From the NCBI GenBank assembly GCA_035513775.1, contig DATKBR010000004.1, forward strand, positions 469-64,468: 64,000 nt of DNA, written 5' to 3'. Positions 44,763 to 54,388 of the stretch are shown here, in pieces. Position numbers and translations under genes: made by a program. Source of the DNA: Candidatus Limnocylindria bacterium. GTDB taxonomy: Bacteria > Chloroflexota > Limnocylindria > Limnocylindrales > CSP1-4. Under the pieces are notes generated by a model. It did no database searches. It saw only the letters and a program-made list of their open reading frames with translations, and was not told the DNA's origin. Position 1 is the stretch's first letter; the number at the start of each line of letters is the position of its first letter.

Positions 44763-47700
44763 TTGAGTGGTCCCGCAATCGGTGAGCCCGACCCGGACAG
44801 GGCGGCGCCAGCGCGGACCGGGTTCGTGGATACCGCAGGCGGCATCCTCGTCCTGCTGGCCCTGGGGCTCACCTTCCGGCTCATCATCGCATACCTCCTC
44901 CCCGGATCCGGCTTCAAGGTCGACCTCAACGCCTTCCAGTTCTGGGCGAGCGACCTGGCCGACAACGGGCTCTTCGGGTTCTACTCGCGCGAGTTCTTCC
45001 ACGACTACACGCCGGGCTATCTGTATGTGCTCTGGCTGGTGGGGGGCGTGGCGAACGTTCTCGGGACGGGCGTGGGCGACCTGATCAAGATCCCGCCGAT
45101 CGTCGGCGATCTCGCGCTCGCCTACCTCGTGTGGTCGATGACCCGCGAGCTCGGGGGCAGCGAGCGAGCCGCGCGGCTGGGCGCACTGCTCGTCATCCTC
45201 AACCCCGTCACCTGGTTCGACAGCGTCGTCTGGGGCCAGGTCGACTCGGTCGGGGTCGTCTTCCTCCTGCTCGCGCTGCGCGAGCTATGGCGCGACCGTC
45301 CCGAGCGGGCGGCGATCCTGGCCACGCTCGCCGCCCTCGTGAAACCCCAGCTCGGCATCCTGATCCCGATCGTCGCGATCGTGGTGATTCGGCGCGCCTT
45401 CTGGCCGCAGGGCGGATTCGGGCTGGAGGACCCCCCGGAGCGGCGCGCCTGGACCACCGCCTGGGAGGAGCGCGTGCGCGGCCCGATCCGCGTCGTCACC
45501 ACGGGCCTCGCCGGGCTGCTGACCGCGATCGTCGTGTCGCTGCCGTTCGGGCTGAGCTTCACCGGGCTCATCGCCCAGATCTTCAAGACCGCGGGCGGCT
45601 ATCCGTACCTCTCGGTCAACGCGTTCAACCCGTGGGCGCTGCTCATCCAGACCACGGCCGACGGGCGCGAGGAGAGCATCGCGCTGACTCGCTCGTGGAT
45701 CTGCGATTCGACGATCCTGGCCTCGCCGCCGACCGAGTTCCGGATCGGCCCGTGGGTGATCCCCGAGCTCGGCTCGGCAGGCAGCGCGGTCGACGTGTGT
45801 CCCGACGGCGTGATGATCGGGGCGTTCCCGGCCGTCCTCGTCGGAGCGGCCCTGTTCCTGATCGCCACGATGATCGTCCTGGCCGTGGTTGCCCGGCGGC
45901 CGGACCGGATCACGATGATCGTCGCCCTCGCGATCATGTCACTCGCCTTCTTCGTCCTGCCGACCCGCGTTCACGAGCGGTACCTGTTCCCGCTCGCTGC
46001 GATCGGCGCGATTCTCGCCGCCGTCTCCCTGCGTTGGCGCCTGGCCTACGTGCTCTCCGCGGCCGCGACCTTCGCGAACATGTACGTCGTCCTGACGACC
46101 TACTACCACGACAACCCGCAGATCAGCGACTGGCTCGGCATCGGTCCGACGCTCGCCGCACCGTGGGGCGTCGCCGTCGCCTCGATCACCCAGGCGCTCG
46201 TCCTGGGCTGGGCGTTCTTCCAGCTCCGCGAGGAGGCCGTCGAGGGGATCGCCGAGGACGTCGTGTTCGCCGGGGATGGGTATCGCGGGAGCCGGCTGCC
46301 GGCCTGGCTGGGCCGTGCCTTGCCCGAGCCCGACACCGACGACGAGGACCCGCTGGACCATCCGGCCGACGTGGAGACGGACGGACGCGCCGCGGGGCAG
46401 TCGGCCTGGCTGGCGGGCGAGATGGCGGCCGATGCCGTAGCGCCCGTGGCCGTAGCGCCGGTGGCGGCGCTCACTCCAGGCACGGTGCTGCCGGCCTGGG
46501 ACCAGGAGCGTGACGCCGGGTCCCTTGGGCCGGTGGGCTGGCTCCGCGCCCGGCTGGGCGACTCCCCGGTCCGGGCGGACCGCAGCCGGATCCTCGACGT
46601 CGAGCGCGGCGGGCGGCTCGGCCGGCTGGACGTGTGGGTCCTGGCGGTCCTCGCCATCAGCCTGCTCACCGTGCGCATGTGGCGGCTGGACGAGCCCTAC
46701 CAGATGCACTTCGACGAGGTCTACCACCCGCGGACTGCGACGGAGTTCCTCCAGCACTGGCGGTACGGGCAGTCCCACGACATCTACGAGTGGACCCATC
46801 CCCACCTGGCCAAGTACGGGATGGCCCTCGGCCTGATGGCCTTCGGCGAGGACAAGGTGTCCGGCACCAGCGATCTCGGGGTCGCAGTCCTCGACGCCGC
46901 CATCGAGCCGCGCCGCGACGACGGCCTCGATGAGACCCGGATCGAGGGCGACCGCGTGTGGGTCGCAACAGGCAGCGAGGTGCGTGCCTACGACCTGGCG
47001 ACTCGCGGGCTCGCCGGGACCCTCGCGCTGCCCGACGTGGTGGCCCTCGCCTACGACCGGACCGGCAAGACGCTGTACGTGGGGACGCGGGGCGGCGACA
47101 TCCGGGTCGTCGACGTCGGCACGCTCGACGACACCCGCCGCGGGCCGCCCGCCGCGGTGGAGTCCCGGGCGTACATGTCCGTCGGCGGGCCGATCGAGCG
47201 ACTGTTCGTAACTCGCGATGGCGAGCGCCTGGCGGTCGTGCTGCGGGCAGGCTTCGAGACAGCGGACCCGGCCAGCAGCACGATCGTCGTCATCGACGCG
47301 ATCGCGGCCGTGGAGCTGGGACGGCCGAGCCTGCGTGGCGTGGGCCAGATCACCGCCGGCGTGAGCGACGACCGGCTCGCGGTCGCGACCGCCGATGGCG
47401 TGACCTTCATCGAGACCGTCGCGGGGACGGTGTCGAACACGCTGGACCTCGGTGGACCGGTCGGCGGGATCGTCGGGATCAACGACATCGAGAACGACCC
47501 GATCTACGCCACGGTCGCCACCGCCGAGGGCCCGCACTACGCGGTCATCATCGCCAAGCGCGGCGAGGAGCCACGGATCGATCGGACCATCCCACTCCCG
47601 GGCGACCGTGCCGGCCGCGCCTACTTCGACCTCACCACGCGGATGGTCCACCTCGAGGGCTCCGTGCCCGCCACGGCCGGCAGGTCGGGCGCCGACACGA

Positions 47701-50099
47701 TCTACGTCATAGAGCCCCACGCCAACGCCGTGTACGCCGACGCGGCACTGCCCTTCGCGCCGGCGGTGATGGTCGTGGACGAGAACGAGAAGTACCCATC
47801 GACGGACCGGCAGCAGATCCTCGCCTTCGGCGAGGGCGGACAGGTCGCGGCGGTGGAGGTGGGCCGCCATGCGTATGCGTGGCGCGTGCCCGGCGTCATC
47901 GCCGGCGTGCTAATGGCCCTGCTCCTGTACGTGCTGGCGCGGATCCTGTTCCAACGGCGGATGGTCGCGGTGCTCGTCGGGCTGATCGCCCTCCTGGACG
48001 GCATGCTCTTCGCCCAGAGCCGGATCGGGATGAACGACGCCTACGTGGGCCTGGGCATCGTTGCCGCCTACACGATCTTCGCGGCGCTGTGGCTCAATCC
48101 GGGCAACACCCGCCGGCACTGGCTCGCGTTCGCGATCGGCGCACCGGTGGTGGGCCTGTTCCTCGGCTTCGCGCTGGCTGCGAAGTGGGTCGCCGCCTAC
48201 GCCATCGGCGGCCTCGGGATCCTGGTGCTGACGCGGAGCGCGCTCGGGCGCGTGATCCTGCTCGCCGGGTTGGTGGTGGTCACCACGGTCCTCGGGTACG
48301 TGGCCATCTCGGTGGCCGAAGGCCAGGGCGGCGGGAACTACGTCTTCCTGGTGATCATGGTCGCGCTCGTCGTCGCGGCCGTGCTGGCGAACGTGCTGCA
48401 TCCGATCGCATGGACCTGGGAGGAGCTGCGGTTCGCGGTCGGTGCGCCCATCGCGGCCGGGGCCGCCGCGATCCTGTACGGGCTCGTCCGCGGCGACGCG
48501 GCCGGTGCGTTGGAGCTGGGCCCGGTCGCCGTCACGCCGATCGAGCTCGGCCTGCTCGGCCTTCTTCTCGGCGGTGCCGTCTACACCGGCTTCGTCGTGC
48601 TCGGCCGCTATGGCTTCGGGCCGCTGGCGCTGCCGCCCGAGCCGGACGACCCGGCCGCGATCCTCGATCCGCCAGCCGAGGCGCCGACGGGCTGGCTGCG
48701 GCTCGGCGCGGGCTGGGGGCTCCCGGCCGTCTGGCTGGCGATCAGCCTGCTCGTCATCCCGATCGCGGTCTACGTCGTGTCGTACATCCCGTGGGCCCAG
48801 GTCGAGAGCCACCAGATCGTGGCCGGCGCCGAGCCGGGGACCGGCTGGCCGCCGGGCAATACCGGCCAGACCCTGCTCGACCTGACGTCCTCGATGTACC
48901 GCTACCACGACGACCTGTCGTCGGCACACCCCGCCTCGTCGCCGTGGTGGGCGTGGGTGCTCGACCTCAAGCCGGTCTGGTTCTACCAGGAGGGCTTCGC
49001 GGGCGCGACGTCGGGTGCGATCTACGACGCCGGCAACCTCGTCGCCTGGTGGCTGGCCATCCCGGCCCTTGCATTCGTGGCCTGGCAGTCGTTCCGGCGA
49101 CGCAACGCCGCGCTCGCCCTGATCGCGATCGGCTTCGCCTGCCAGTGGATCTCGTGGGCCCGCATCGATCGCGCGGCGTTCCAGTACCACTACTACACGG
49201 CCCTGCCGTTCGTGTTCCTGGCATTGGCGTACTTCCTGGCCGAGCTGTGGCACGGGACCTCGCGCCGCATCTGGCTGCTGGCGCGGCTCTCCGCGGCCGC
49301 GGCCATCCTGGGACCGTTCGGGCTGTGGCTCCTCCACCGGCCGCTGTGCGCGATCGCCCGCGTGAACGAGATCGTCGAAGGGTCGCAGGCGTGCCCCACG
49401 CTCATCCCGGACGTGTCGATCACGCCGCGCGCGGTGGCGATCGCGGTCGTGGTCGGGGTGGGCGTGCTGCTGCTCCTGCGCGAGCTCCTCGCCCTCTCGG
49501 AGGAGGGTGACCCGGACAGGCTCGACGCCGAGCGGGACGCCGGCGGCTGGCGCGCGATGCTTGCCCGCGTCGGCCTCGGCAGTCGCTGGGCGACCGCGGC
49601 GCTGATCGGCGTCGCGACGTCGATCGCGTTCCTAGTCGTGTCGACCGCGCTCCAGGACTCAGAGGGGATCGAGCTGACGAACATCCCGGTCGAGCCCATC
49701 GCCCTGTTCGTGACCCTCGCCCTGTCGCCGGTCGCGGGATACGTGGCCACGGCGCGAGATTCGCGGCGGTTCGTCCTGGGCGCGCTGGGCGCGATGGTCC
49801 TCTGGTTCGTCCTCTGGTACCCGAATATCTCCGGCCTGCCGCTGCCTGCGGCGCTGCACAACGCGTACCAGGGCTTCCTGCCGACCTATCTGTACCCCTT
49901 CCAGTTCTGGGTGCTGCAGGGCGACCGGCCGGCGGCGCCGGCGCTGTTCGCCATCGGCCCGGCGGTCATGCTCCTGGCCATCACGTTCATGGCGATCGTC
50001 GTTGGCTACAGCGCATGGTCGTGGCGGATCGCGCTCGCGGAGCGTCGCCGGGACCACCGCGCGCGCGACGCTGCGCGGCTCACGACCGGCGCGGATTAG
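44763..50099 (+). CDS. 1778-aa fusion of two GT-C glycosyltransferase modules (Gpi18/DUF2029-like N-module + PMT/GT39-like C-module) with a ~335-aa beta-propeller-like insert
   Basis: The N-module has FKVDLNAFQFWASDL...HDYTPGYLYVLW. The C-module has a TM followed by MHFDEVYHPRTATEFL...THPHLAKYGMALGLMAFG (the PMT loop-1 DE motif) and resumes at AYAWRVPGVIAGVLMALLLYVLAR. The start is uncertain: TTG 44763 or an in-frame GTG near 44826. Confidence 0.7.
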   Translation: MSGPAIGEPDPDRAAPARTGFVDTAGGILVLLALGLTFRLIIAYLLPGSGFKVDLNAFQFWASDLADNGLFGFYSREFFHDYTPGYLYVLWLVGGVANVLGTGVGDLIKIPPIVGDLALAYLVWSMTRELGGSERAARLGALLVILNPVTWFDSVVWGQVDSVGVVFLLLALRELWRDRPERAAILATLAALVKPQLGILIPIVAIVVIRRAFWPQGGFGLEDPPERRAWTTAWEERVRGPIRVVTTGLAGLLTAIVVSLPFGLSFTGLIAQIFKTAGGYPYLSVNAFNPWALLIQTTADGREESIALTRSWICDSTILASPPTEFRIGPWVIPELGSAGSAVDVCPDGVMIGAFPAVLVGAALFLIATMIVLAVVARRPDRITMIVALAIMSLAFFVLPTRVHERYLFPLAAIGAILAAVSLRWRLAYVLSAAATFANMYVVLTTYYHDNPQISDWLGIGPTLAAPWGVAVASITQALVLGWAFFQLREEAVEGIAEDVVFAGDGYRGSRLPAWLGRALPEPDTDDEDPLDHPADVETDGRAAGQSAWLAGEMAADAVAPVAVAPVAALTPGTVLPAWDQERDAGSLGPVGWLRARLGDSPVRADRSRILDVERGGRLGRLDVWVLAVLAISLLTVRMWRLDEPYQMHFDEVYHPRTATEFLQHWRYGQSHDIYEWTHPHLAKYGMALGLMAFGEDKVSGTSDLGVAVLDAAIEPRRDDGLDETRIEGDRVWVATGSEVRAYDLATRGLAGTLALPDVVALAYDRTGKTLYVGTRGGDIRVVDVGTLDDTRRGPPAAVESRAYMSVGGPIERLFVTRDGERLAVVLRAGFETADPASSTIVVIDAIAAVELGRPSLRGVGQITAGVSDDRLAVATADGVTFIETVAGTVSNTLDLGGPVGGIVGINDIENDPIYATVATAEGPHYAVIIAKRGEEPRIDRTIPLPGDRAGRAYFDLTTRMVHLEGSVPATAGRSGADTIYVIEPHANAVYADAALPFAPAVMVVDENEKYPSTDRQQILAFGEGGQVAAVEVGRHAYAWRVPGVIAGVLMALLLYVLARILFQRRMVAVLVGLIALLDGMLFAQSRIGMNDAYVGLGIVAAYTIFAALWLNPGNTRRHWLAFAIGAPVVGLFLGFALAAKWVAAYAIGGLGILVLTRSALGRVILLAGLVVVTTVLGYVAISVAEGQGGGNYVFLVIMVALVVAAVLANVLHPIAWTWEELRFAVGAPIAAGAAAILYGLVRGDAAGALELGPVAVTPIELGLLGLLLGGAVYTGFVVLGRYGFGPLALPPEPDDPAAILDPPAEAPTGWLRLGAGWGLPAVWLAISLLVIPIAVYVVSYIPWAQVESHQIVAGAEPGTGWPPGNTGQTLLDLTSSMYRYHDDLSSAHPASSPWWAWVLDLKPVWFYQEGFAGATSGAIYDAGNLVAWWLAIPALAFVAWQSFRRRNAALALIAIGFACQWISWARIDRAAFQYHYYTALPFVFLALAYFLAELWHGTSRRIWLLARLSAAAAILGPFGLWLLHRPLCAIARVNEIVEGSQACPTLIPDVSITPRAVAIAVVVGVGVLLLLRELLALSEEGDPDRLDAERDAGGWRAMLARVGLGSRWATAALIGVATSIAFLVVSTALQDSEGIELTNIPVEPIALFVTLALSPVAGYVATARDSRRFVLGALGAMVLWFVLWYPNISGLPLPAALHNAYQGFLPTYLYPFQFWVLQGDRPAAPALFAIGPAVMLLAITFMAIVVGYSAWSWRIALAERRRDHRARDAARLTTGAD

Positions 50100-50149
50100 G
50101 AGAGGCGCCCGGCGCCGGCGTTCGGCGCGGATCAGGGGAGCGCCCGGCG

Positions 50150-51364
50150 CTAGCGTTCGGCGCCGACCAGCTCGACCGCTTCGGGAGGGACGGCGCCTGG
50201 CCTCGGCGATACCGGGACGTCGGCGTGGAACCCGGATGGGAGCTGGCCCTGGGCGGCCAGGCGCCGGATCACGAAGCCGTAGTAGTCCTCGACCTTCGCG
50301 GTCACGCGCTCCCAGCTGAACTCCTGGGCTCGCTCGAGGCCGGAGCGGGCCATGGCCTCCCGCCGCTCGTCGTCGCCCAGCAGCTCCGCCAGCGCCCCCG
50401 CGAGGGCTTTCGGCTTGCCGGGCGGGACAAGCAGCCCCTCGCGCCCGCGCCGGACGACGCCCTTGTAGCCGTGGATATCGCTGGCCACGATCGCCGTGCC
50501 CGCGGCCATCGCCTCGAGCAGCACGATCCCGAACGATTCTCGCCCCGTGGCTGGCGAGCAGTACACGTCCGCCGTCTTGAACAGCGAATCGCGCTCGTCG
50601 TCGCTGACGCGGCCCAGGAACTCGACGCCGCCGAGCTTGCGGGTCATCAGGTAGCGCCGCATCTCCTTCTCCTGCGGGCCGCCGCCGGCGACCAGGAGCC
50701 GGCACTGGCAGCCCGTCTTGCGGAGGATCCGATACGCCTTGAGCAGGTGCAGGAGGCCCTTGCGCGACTCGAACCGCCCTACGAACAGGATGTTCTTGGT
50801 CCCGTCCTGCCAGCGGGCGATGGGCACCGCCCGGGCGAAGCGGGCCGTGTCGACCCCGTTCGGGATGACCTTGTAGTCGCCCGGGAAGAAGCGTTCGATG
50901 AAGTGACGGGCCGCCGCGGAGACGGCGATACGGCCATGGATCCGTCCGATCGACGGGCGCATCAGGCGGGACCCGATCGAGTACGCGGGCGAGAAGCCGC
51001 CGAAGGCGTGGAAGGTCGCGACGTTCACGCTGTTCGACAGCCCGAGGACGACGAGGGACAGGAACGGGACGAACGGCTCGTGGAAGTGGAGTAGGTCGAA
51101 CTGCTCGCGGTCGAGCACGGTGCGCACCTGGGACAGGAACCGCGGCGACACCGTGATCGTGCCGACCGAGCCGTTGGCGGGCATCGAGAAGCCCTTGCCG
51201 ATGCGGATGACGTCGCCCTCCGACGCCCGCTGCAAACCGTGGCTGCTGGTCAGGATGCGCACGTCGTGGCCGCGGAGGCGCAGGTTCTCGTACAGGTAGC
51301 GGACGTGCTGGTTCACGCCGCCGGGGAGCGGGTAGACGTACGGCGTGACGAGCCCGATCTTCAC
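50150..51364 (-). CDS. pimA: GT4 mannosyltransferase, PimA-like (phosphatidylinositol alpha-mannosyltransferase)
   Basis: VKIGLVTPYVYPLPGGVNQHVRYLYENLRLRGHDVRILT resembles the PimA N-terminus; ESFGIVLLEAMAAG is present. GTG 51364 overlaps the PHP TGA (GTGA). Confidence 0.8.
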   Translation of the reverse strand: MKIGLVTPYVYPLPGGVNQHVRYLYENLRLRGHDVRILTSSHGLQRASEGDVIRIGKGFSMPANGSVGTITVSPRFLSQVRTVLDREQFDLLHFHEPFVPFLSLVVLGLSNSVNVATFHAFGGFSPAYSIGSRLMRPSIGRIHGRIAVSAAARHFIERFFPGDYKVIPNGVDTARFARAVPIARWQDGTKNILFVGRFESRKGLLHLLKAYRILRKTGCQCRLLVAGGGPQEKEMRRYLMTRKLGGVEFLGRVSDDERDSLFKTADVYCSPATGRESFGIVLLEAMAAGTAIVASDIHGYKGVVRRGREGLLVPPGKPKALAGALAELLGDDERREAMARSGLERAQEFSWERVTAKVEDYYGFVIRRLAAQGQLPSGFHADVPVSPRPGAVPPEAVELVGAER

Positions 51365-52248
51365 GCGGCGCCGTCCTCGCGGCCGCCGGCCGCGGCCCCG
51401 GCGCCACCACCGGAATGTCGCGCCGACAAGCGCCGCGCCGACGGCAGCCCCCCGCGCTCGCCCCTGCGCTCGCTCCCGAGCTCGCCACCTTCGGGCGGGT
51501 AACCGAGGTCGCGACCCGTCCCGTCGCGGCGGATCCGCCCGCCGAGGTTGGCGCGCGCGTCGCGGCCGTACTTCCGCAGCTGCGCGCCGAAAGTCCCGAG
51601 TTGCGCGCCCGTCGGGTGGAAGGAGCCATGGTGGTGCGTGGTTGCCGCGGCGATCGCCGCCCGCAGCGCGGCGCCATCGTGGCCCTGGAAGGTCGTGTAG
51701 CCGGCGCCGATCGCGTCCAGCGAATGGGCGTCCGAGTTGCCCACGCGAGCGAGACCGTGCTCGTCGGCGAAGCGGACCACGCGACCGTGCCACGGCCGCC
51801 CGAGCGTCGTCGGGTTGAACGCCTCGATCGCGTCCGGGCGGTAGCGTGGCTCGTCGGCGAGCAGGCGTCGGAGCACGAAGCCCTGGGCGCACAGCGGGTA
51901 GGGGACGAGCGGGTGGGCGGGGATAGCGAGGCCGCCCTGGTCGTGGATCGCCGCGATCGTCGAGCGCAGCGAGCGGAAGGGCTTGACCGGCGTCTCGATC
52001 CACAGCGCCAGCAGGTGCCCGCCGAGGGTCGTCACCTCTTCTCCGACCACGACCTCGAACGACAGGCCGCGGTCCCGCGCCATCGCCCGCCCGGCGAGCG
52101 CGGCGTCGATTCGCTCGTGATCGGTGATCGCAATGACGTCGAGCTCGGTGTTGCGCTCGACGTGGTCAAGGACCTCCACGATCCCGGCCGTCCCGTCGGA
52201 GGCGAGGGTGTGGATGTGCAGGTCCGCACGACCGAGGCGCTCGGTCAT
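51361..52248 (-). CDS. PHP-domain metal-dependent phosphoesterase
   Basis: MTERLGRADLHIHTLASDGT...ITDHERI...NSDAH, the PHP His/Asp motifs. ATGA overlap with the upstream acyltransferase stop. Confidence 0.8.
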   Translation of the reverse strand: MTERLGRADLHIHTLASDGTAGIVEVLDHVERNTELDVIAITDHERIDAALAGRAMARDRGLSFEVVVGEEVTTLGGHLLALWIETPVKPFRSLRSTIAAIHDQGGLAIPAHPLVPYPLCAQGFVLRRLLADEPRYRPDAIEAFNPTTLGRPWHGRVVRFADEHGLARVGNSDAHSLDAIGAGYTTFQGHDGAALRAAIAAATTHHHGSFHPTGAQLGTFGAQLRKYGRDARANLGGRIRRDGTGRDLGYPPEGGELGSERRGERGGLPSARRLSARHSGGGAGAAAGGREDGAA

Positions 52249-53345
52249 CGAACGGCCTCGACGACCGGCTCTGCCACGGCCCCCCGGGGTTCCGCGGTCA
52301 CGGTCGTCCCGCCGGCCTTGCGAGCCGCGTGGGCCGGCGCGGGCTCGAGGTCCGGCCAGAGCGGGTGGAAGATCGCCAGCCACTGCTCCGGCGCAGCCGC
52401 GATGTGCCGCTCGAACGCCCTCGCCTCGGCGTCCAGGTAGGCGGTGACACGCTCGCGCCGCGTGCCCTCGGCCGGGAAGGGCACGGGCTCCGCGCTCACG
52501 TGGTAGACGCCCACCTCGTCCCGCCAGACGCCGAAGACGTAGGGCGTGATCCCCGTATCCATGGCCAGCAGCGCAGGCCCCGCGGCGAGCGGCGATGGCG
52601 CGCCGAAGAATTCCGTGTCGACGCCGCCGCCGGTGATGTCCCGGTCGCCGAGCAGCCCCACGGTCTCCCCGCGCAGCAGCGCTGCGCGGAGCATGCGCTT
52701 CGCCTCGGCAAGCCCGATCAGCTCGAGGCCGAGCCGGCTCCGAGTCTCCACGAGGTAGGCCTGCAGATGCGGGTCGGCGATCGTTTCGGACGGCACGAGG
52801 GCCGGGCGGCCCGTACGAGCCGCGGCCAGCACCGCCGGCAGCTCGAACCAGCCCATGTGCAGGCCGACGAACAGCGCGCCCATCTCGCCGGGAGCCCTGT
52901 CCCCGCTCAGCGTCGCATCAAGGATCTCCGGGGTCTCCACGACGAGCCAGCGGTCGAGGTACGCACCATCCACGATCGGGGCGCGCGCCAGCTGGACGTA
53001 GTACCGCGCCGCGTGGCGGAAGGCCTCGCGGACCAGGCGGTTGAGCGCGCGCCCGTCCCCGGCGGCGAGGCGCACCTTTGGGCCGCCCATGTCGTGGTCC
53101 GCGAGCCAGCGCACCACGCGGGTGAGGTTGCGGCGCGCGCGACGCCGGCGCTCGGGGGCGAGGCGGTACCAGATGCGCCCGGCGAAGTCCGCCAGCGCGA
53201 GGAGCGGCGGCTCGGGCAGGCGGCAGGCGAGCCAGGACGCCGCGATGACCGCCGTTGCCCGCAGGCTGCGCACCGCCCTGCGGCCGCGATCGGCGCGCTC
53301 GGCGCTCCGGCCGGCGTCTTCGCGAACCCTCGCGCCCTCGCTCAT
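52245..53345 (-). CDS. LpxL/HtrB-family lipid acyltransferase (PIM acyltransferase PatA-like), copy 2
   Basis: Start MSEGARV. ...FVGLHMGWFELPA...GLLGDRD...APEQWLAIFHPLWP is typical of PF03279-type enzymes. Confidence 0.72.
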   Translation of the reverse strand: MSEGARVREDAGRSAERADRGRRAVRSLRATAVIAASWLACRLPEPPLLALADFAGRIWYRLAPERRRRARRNLTRVVRWLADHDMGGPKVRLAAGDGRALNRLVREAFRHAARYYVQLARAPIVDGAYLDRWLVVETPEILDATLSGDRAPGEMGALFVGLHMGWFELPAVLAAARTGRPALVPSETIADPHLQAYLVETRSRLGLELIGLAEAKRMLRAALLRGETVGLLGDRDITGGGVDTEFFGAPSPLAAGPALLAMDTGITPYVFGVWRDEVGVYHVSAEPVPFPAEGTRRERVTAYLDAEARAFERHIAAAPEQWLAIFHPLWPDLEPAPAHAARKAGGTTVTAEPRGAVAEPVVEAVR

Positions 53346-54388
53346 CCGCCGGCCGGAGCGAGTGCGGGTCGGTCCGGGGCGCCGGTGCGGTTCGCTCGCT
53401 CGGCAAGCAACGCCTGCTCCTCGGCGGTCGAGGGCCACAGTGGCTTGAAGCTGTACCACTGCTCGGGTGCCGCAGCGATCGTCGCGCCGAGCGCGTCGGC
53501 GATGGCCTGCGTCGCCCGCTGGAGCTCCGCGGGATCGGAGGATCGGACCTCGATCGGCTCGCCGTGGGTCACCTGGAACGTCCTGCCGTCGGGCGCCCGA
53601 CGGATCGCGATGTGTACGATCGGCGCGCCCGTCCTCGCCGCGAGCGCCGCCGGGCCGGCAGGCAACGTGGTCCACGCCCCGAACAGCCGGACCGGGATGT
53701 CGTCGGGGCGGTAGCCCCAGTCGATGACCAGGGCCAGGATCTCGTTCCGGTGCAGCACGCCGAACATGTCCCGGAGATTGCGCCAAGGGATGAGGTTCAC
53801 GCCCCATTCCCTGCGCTGCCGGCGCAGCAGCTCGAACAGCTCGGGAAAGCTGCTGTCGTCGCCGATGGATGAGACCGGCCAACCGTGCCGGGCGGTGCCC
53901 CTGGCCACGCCCTCCAGGTTGCCGATGTGCGCGGTCGTCAGGATCAGGCCCTTGCCGCTCTGCTTCCAGTACGCCTCGAGCGGCAGCAGCGAGGTCGTAT
54001 CTACCAGCGCCGCCGCCTGCTCGTTGGTCAAGCGGGGCAGGCGCATCAGCTCGACGACGTAGCGGGCGTAGGAGCGGTAGGCCGCCAGCGCCTTGCGCTT
54101 CACCTCGAGGCTGCCCGGTGGGCGGCCCAGGATGTGCACGAAGTTGTCGTTCACGTAGCGACGCTTCTTCGGCCACAGCACGAATGACAGCTGGAGCATG
54201 AAGCTGACGATCGCGCGGGCGACCGGCACGGGCAGGCGGCTCATCAGCCACGTGCCCGCGCGGTAGCCGAAGATCGCGGCCTTCTCGACCGGCCGGAAGG
54301 TGCTCTTCCCGCTGCGCCGATGCGGCGCGACGAGCTGCTTCTTCTCCGACCGGGGGCCGTCGACAGGCGGGCGCTCGCGCCCGCTCAC
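53342..54388 (-). CDS. LpxL/HtrB-family lipid acyltransferase (PatA-like), copy 1
   Basis: GTG 54388 overlaps the ino1 TGA (GTGA). ...[13 protein letters not shown]...LVIDWGY...[13 protein letters not shown]. Confidence 0.72.
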   Translation of the reverse strand: MSGRERPPVDGPRSEKKQLVAPHRRSGKSTFRPVEKAAIFGYRAGTWLMSRLPVPVARAIVSFMLQLSFVLWPKKRRYVNDNFVHILGRPPGSLEVKRKALAAYRSYARYVVELMRLPRLTNEQAAALVDTTSLLPLEAYWKQSGKGLILTTAHIGNLEGVARGTARHGWPVSSIGDDSSFPELFELLRRQRREWGVNLIPWRNLRDMFGVLHRNEILALVIDWGYRPDDIPVRLFGAWTTLPAGPAALAARTGAPIVHIAIRRAPDGRTFQVTHGEPIEVRSSDPAELQRATQAIADALGATIAAAPEQWYSFKPLWPSTAEEQALLAERANRTGAPDRPALAPAGG

